This document shows positions 20,396-24,000 of a stretch of DNA of 24,000 nucleotides, piece after piece. The position numbers were made by a program, and so were the translations under genes. Every line of letters begins with the position of its first letter. The first letter of the stretch is position 1. Where the stretch lies: assembly GCA_003209775.1 (NCBI GenBank), contig QCPN01000004.1, positions 23,059-47,058 on the forward strand, in the 5' to 3' direction. Source of the stretch: Prochlorococcus sp. AG-436-O09. GTDB taxonomy: Bacteria > Cyanobacteriota > Cyanobacteriia > PCC-6307 > Cyanobiaceae. The notes below the pieces were generated by a model. The model was given only the letters and a program-made list of their open reading frames with translations. It did not search any database and was not told the origin of the DNA.

Positions 20396-21313
20396 TCTTG
20401 CCTCTTGCGAAATACTAGTAGCTCATATTTTGTGCTTCCCGTCAATCTTCAAAATAAAGCTTGTCTCAGTTGATCTCAACACGAGACTCTTGGGCTGGCG
20501 GTGATGTCAAGAGAGGTAAAGTATTGTTGTATAAAAAGTGACTTTTTGGAGGCATTATTTGAATTGCTTTCATCTTCTCCACAGGCACCAGTCTTGAAAA
20601 GAAAAAAAATGTGACAACTGTGGAGAGCCTGTGGAAAAGATTTCGCTTCTTAGGGGAAAAAGAAAAGAAGTTGACTGATTAAAATTTCTAATGACAAAGA
20701 TAAGAATCTCTATTTGTCTCACCTATTTTGCTCAGGATGGAGGTTTTGACAGATTTACATTAAGTTTAGAAATAGTAGATATGCAATACCTACGTACTAG
20801 CCTTTTTATTTCTAGAGAGTCCTTGTTTCTCCAGAGGCGCTGAAGTGACTTAGTTTTCTAAGGAGTCAATTTATGTTCTTTTAGTTTAGCGCCTAGGAAT
20901 GATGTACGGAAAACTATTGGAGAGAGTTTTTTCTGACTAAGGGATTAGATATTTCCATTCAGATTAATTTGATGATTCCCAATGCTGCCAGATTCGATAA
21001 TAAAGAAAAGTAAAATAATTAATTTCTGTGGAAAAGTAGTCTTGAATGTAAAGGTATTCATTGAAATATGAAGGAGCACGTCATGACATCTAAGTTGATT
21101 TAGAACAAAAAGCTTTTCGGGCTCTATCAAAAACATGCCAAACTGAACCCTTTTTGATGACTAGAATCTGCTATTGCTCTTTTGGATATTGAGCGAGAGG
21201 CTCAATTGCTTTGGTTGATAGCGGACATGCAAAGTTATTTATTTATGGATTAATTATAATAAAGATACTTATAAAGTGAAACTCTGGATTTAACTAATAA
21301 GCAGCCATATGAA

Positions 21314-22009
21314 GTGATTATTCTATGTGGAGGGCTTGGAAAAAGGCTCAGAGAAGTCGTTAGCGGCATTCCTAAACCAATGGCAGTTGTAAATAACAAA
21401 CCCTTTTTACATTATTTAATTAAATTCTGGATCAATAAAGGGATGAAATCATTTATCCTTTCAGTTGGTTACCTTAGTGATTCAATAAAGGAATATTTTG
21501 GAGATGAATTTGAAGGAGCTTCAATCAAATACGTAGAGGAAATTATTTCTTTAGGAACGGGCGGAGCTATTAAGAGGTCGTTAGATGCAGTTACCTATGA
21601 TTTGAATAATATAGTTGTATTAAATGGTGATACATGGAATAACATAGATATTAAGTCTTTCTATGATGATTTCCATAATTCTAGTCAGAGTATAACAATG
21701 TCTATAAAAAGGATAAAACAAAACGATCGTTATGGATCATTATTAATTGACGAATTAAATAGAGTTACTTCCTTTTCTGAAAAACAAGGTGGTAATCTTA
21801 TAAATACAGGGTGTTATTTATTAAGTAAATCATTTATCACGGAAGAATTAAGATCATTCCCTGAGAAATTCTCTTTTGAAAGAGATTTTTTACCAACCTT
21901 AGTTGAGAAAAGAATGCTAAATGCTAGTTGGCAAGAATACGAGTTTATTGATATTGGAATACCTTTTGATTATTATAGGTTCATAAAGGATTTCTCTAAA
22001 TTAATATAG
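21314..22009 (+). CDS. sugar-phosphate nucleotidyltransferase, HddC-like (D-glycero-D-manno-heptose 1-phosphate guanylyltransferase family), 231 aa, GTG start
   Basis: N-terminal (M)IILCGGLGKRLR (GxGxRL nucleotide-binding loop), KPM, LSVGY, GTGGA. Size and C-terminal FIDIGIP are typical of short HddC-type enzymes. Confidence 0.85.
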   Translation: MIILCGGLGKRLREVVSGIPKPMAVVNNKPFLHYLIKFWINKGMKSFILSVGYLSDSIKEYFGDEFEGASIKYVEEIISLGTGGAIKRSLDAVTYDLNNIVVLNGDTWNNIDIKSFYDDFHNSSQSITMSIKRIKQNDRYGSLLIDELNRVTSFSEKQGGNLINTGCYLLSKSFITEELRSFPEKFSFERDFLPTLVEKRMLNASWQEYEFIDIGIPFDYYRFIKDFSKLI

Positions 22010-22408
22010 CCAATACAATTAAAAATTCATTAGCTAAGAACTTAAATACTGCAAAAAGTATGATGGAAGAAAGATTTAAAGATACCCAATTTACTCAAAT
22101 TTCCTCTAAATCTTGCAAGTCCTTTTGTTAATGGTGGAAAGGTTTATATTGCAGGGAATGGTGGCTCAGCAGCAGACGCTTCACACTTTGCCATTTAATT
22201 AGTTGTCAGACTTTGAGTTGAAAGGCCTTGAATTCCATCGGAATCAATTACTTCCGAAACATCTGTTATTACAGCCACAGCAGATGATTATTGGTATGCA
22301 GGTGTCTTTTATAGGCAGATTCAGATCTCAGATTTCAATACAAAAGACAATAAATCAAGAAAATATACTCAATATGAAAAACAAAGAGAAAGAATCTTGT
22401 TAAACTAA
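22003..22408 (+). pseudogene. gmhA: phosphoheptose isomerase (gmhA, SIS domain) pseudogene
   Basis: The phase of 22130 reads ..FVNGGKVYIAGNGGSAADASHFAI*LVVRL*VERP*IPSESITSETSVITATADDYWYAGVFYRQIQ, compared with GmhA GGKVLxCGNGGSAADAQHFAAELVGRFxxERPxLPAIALTTDTSxLTAIGNDYGYxxVFSRQVE. In-frame stops lie at 22196-98, 22214-16 and 22229-31. The N-terminal part (IANTIKNSLAKNLNTAKSMMEE..) is in a different phase. The C-terminal half is missing. Confidence 0.8.
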
Positions 22409-22430
22409 TAAAATATTTAAATAAAATTAA

Positions 22431-22949
22431 ATGCTCTCAACTGAACTAGATGACTTAATAGAAGTTCACGCTGATTTTCCCAAAAAAGGCATACTTTTTA
22501 GAGATGTCTTACCAGTTTTACAAAAACCTAATGTTTTTAAAGAACTCATAAATATAATGTCCTCTGATGAAATTTTTGGAAAAGCAGAAGCAATAATAGC
22601 GGTAGATGCTAGAGGTTTTTTATTTGCATCTAGTATTGGAATAAAACTATCTAAACCTGTTATAGTAGCAAGAAAACCTGGCAAATTGCCTGGTCAATTA
22701 ATCACCAAATCATATGATTTAGAGTATGGTAAAAACTCACTTTCTATCCAGAAAGAATTAATCAGTAAATATCAATCATTCGTAATTGTTGATGATCTAC
22801 TTGCTACAGGAGGGACATTAGAATGTATTTATAATATAGTTTCATCAATGAAAAAAATTATATCAGGTGTATCAGTAATTATAGAATTAAAAGAACTACA
22901 AGGAAGGGAGAGATTGCCCTTTAAAGTTATCTCTCAAATCACTTACTAG
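22431..22949 (+). CDS. apt: adenine phosphoribosyltransferase, 172 aa
   Basis: DFPKKGILFRDV, AVDARGFLF, VARKPGKLPG, SYDLEYG and the PRPP-binding loop FVIVDDLLATGGT are collinear with E. coli Apt. Confidence 0.95.
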   Translation: MLSTELDDLIEVHADFPKKGILFRDVLPVLQKPNVFKELINIMSSDEIFGKAEAIIAVDARGFLFASSIGIKLSKPVIVARKPGKLPGQLITKSYDLEYGKNSLSIQKELISKYQSFVIVDDLLATGGTLECIYNIVSSMKKIISGVSVIIELKELQGRERLPFKVISQITY

Positions 22950-22953
22950 TAGC

Positions 22954-24000
22954 TTATCTAACCATTGCAGCAACATTCCCACCATCAACAGTAATTAAAG
23001 CACCAGTAGTTTTTTTCATCATTGATAAAGATACAAATGCATTAGATACATCAGATGGTTGAACTTCTAAGTTTAATAAATTACCCGACATATATTCATC
23101 TTGTGTAACACCTCTTGCAACCGATCTTGATTTAATCATCTCAGGAGTAAGTAATCCAGATTTGATTCGATCTGCATTCACTCCATTGGATCTAATACGA
23201 TTAGCGCCTTCTTCGACTGCATATTGTTTCATTAATGCTAATAAAGCAGATTTTGCTATTCCATAAGCTCCAAAGGATTTCCCAGGATTAAGTGCTTGTT
23301 TACTAATATTAAAAAGTAACTGGCCACCTATTAAATTAGATTTATCTTCTTCTAACTTATCCTGAGTTCTAAATATCTCAACAGATTTCTGTGCCATATA
23401 CTGATGGGAAAATAAATTAATCTCCATACTTTGACGAAAAGTTTTTTCATCTATTTCAGACATATCTCCTTGCAATGCATAACCAGCATTAGAGACCAAA
23501 ATATCTAAGCCGCCAAACCTAAGTATTATTTCATGAAATGCTTGATTGACTTGATATTTATCTGTTACATCACATTTAATACAAATAGAATGCTTAGAAG
23601 AAAAGTTTGCAGCCTTTCTAGCAGCTTCCATATCTAAATCTAGAATAACAATCTCAGCGCCCTTATTAGAAAAATCCTTAGCAATTTGAGAGCCTAAAAC
23701 TCCACCTCCTCCAGTTATCACCACCACATGACCATTTAATTCAGAGGTGCTTTTTTTAGCAAGCTTCGCTTGCTCTAGGCTCCAGTATTCAAGATCAAAA
23801 GTTTCAGATTCATTGACAGGAAAAAATTCACCAATAGATTCTGCCGCTAAAAGAGTTTCAACCCAGGCCTCTCCAATATCAGCAGTAATAATGGCTGATT
23901 GTTTATTTTCTCCAACTGAAATCAACCCAACATCAGGAATGAGAATTAATCTCGGAATTGGATCGAGTTTAGTCTTTGTCCCACCTAATCTATGATTATT
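22954..24000 (-). CDS. bifunctional class-II aldolase / short-chain dehydrogenase family protein, C-terminal SDR part; the ORF continues past the window end
   Basis: SDR motifs are present: VVVITGGGGVLGS, NAG, and the YGIAK catalytic Tyr-x3-Lys. The frame stays open upstream of the track start (..RLILIPDVGLISVGENKQSA..) to nt 24000. That matches the linker of rhamnulose-1-phosphate aldolase/alcohol dehydrogenase-type fusions. Confidence 0.88.
   Translation of the reverse strand, partial: NNHRLGGTKTKLDPIPRLILIPDVGLISVGENKQSAIITADIGEAWVETLLAAESIGEFFPVNESETFDLEYWSLEQAKLAKKSTSELNGHVVVITGGGGVLGSQIAKDFSNKGAEIVILDLDMEAARKAANFSSKHSICIKCDVTDKYQVNQAFHEIILRFGGLDILVSNAGYALQGDMSEIDEKTFRQSMEINLFSHQYMAQKSVEIFRTQDKLEEDKSNLIGGQLLFNISKQALNPGKSFGAYGIAKSALLALMKQYAVEEGANRIRSNGVNADRIKSGLLTPEMIKSRSVARGVTQDEYMSGNLLNLEVQPSDVSNAFVSLSMMKKTTGALITVDGGNVAAMVR

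Noticed and set aside
20590-21046. Repeated words ctgtggaaaag (20629-20639 and 21026-21036) and agtcttgaa (20590-20598 and 21038-21046).
   Set aside because: At 9-11 nt, two copies within about 1 kb of biased-composition DNA are plausibly due to chance. There is no extended repeat around them.
20945-21136. A 63-aa minus-strand ORF in the spacer upstream of hddC.
   Set aside because: No recognisable family and low-complexity Ile/Phe/Leu content, as expected from AT-rich DNA. It is treated as part of the unexplained spacer.
22203-22403. A 66-aa ORF (MSDFELKGLEFHRNQ..).
   Set aside because: It is an out-of-phase reading across the gmhA pseudogene. The GmhA similarity is in a different phase.

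Overview
Visibly AT-rich cyanobacterial chromosome segment. Its gene content and rRNA, PsaE and PetBD sequences look like a marine picocyanobacterium (Prochlorococcus-like, judged by eye, no search run).

Order of features:
- petB (3' part) and petD, converging on a GH100 neutral/alkaline invertase.
- A complete rRNA operon: leader boxA, 16S, tRNA-Ile(GAU), tRNA-Ala(UGC), spacer boxA with the 23S processing helix, 23S, 5S, terminator.
- A compact, mostly minus-strand housekeeping block: mutM, psaE, a 349-aa conserved protein, a LysM protein, an aldehyde dehydrogenase, rpsU, a 129-aa protein, an HI0933-type flavoprotein, a TVP38/DedA membrane protein and an LptF/G-type permease.
- A much looser, AT-rich stretch (about 18.1-22.4 kb) with small ORFs and gene debris.
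- apt, then the 3' part of an aldolase/SDR fusion gene.

No CRISPR array, transposase, integrase or obvious defence system was seen.

Most interesting items:
1. A 100-aa two-helix protein whose C-terminal half is a clear PsbF (cytochrome b559 beta) homologue, but with the haem-ligating His replaced by Asn.
2. An ORF absent from the supplied track that encodes a rubredoxin-fold protein lacking one of the four Cys and both knuckle Gly residues. It lies on the same strand 2.3 kb away. This recalls the canonical rubA-ycf48-psbEFLJ neighbourhood, with the cofactor ligands removed from both members.
3. Gene relics: an N-terminal stump of a NodU/CmcH carbamoyltransferase, and a gmhA pseudogene next to an apparently intact hddC.
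4. Several biologically constrained TTG starts, including mutM starting 5 nt after the psaE stop.
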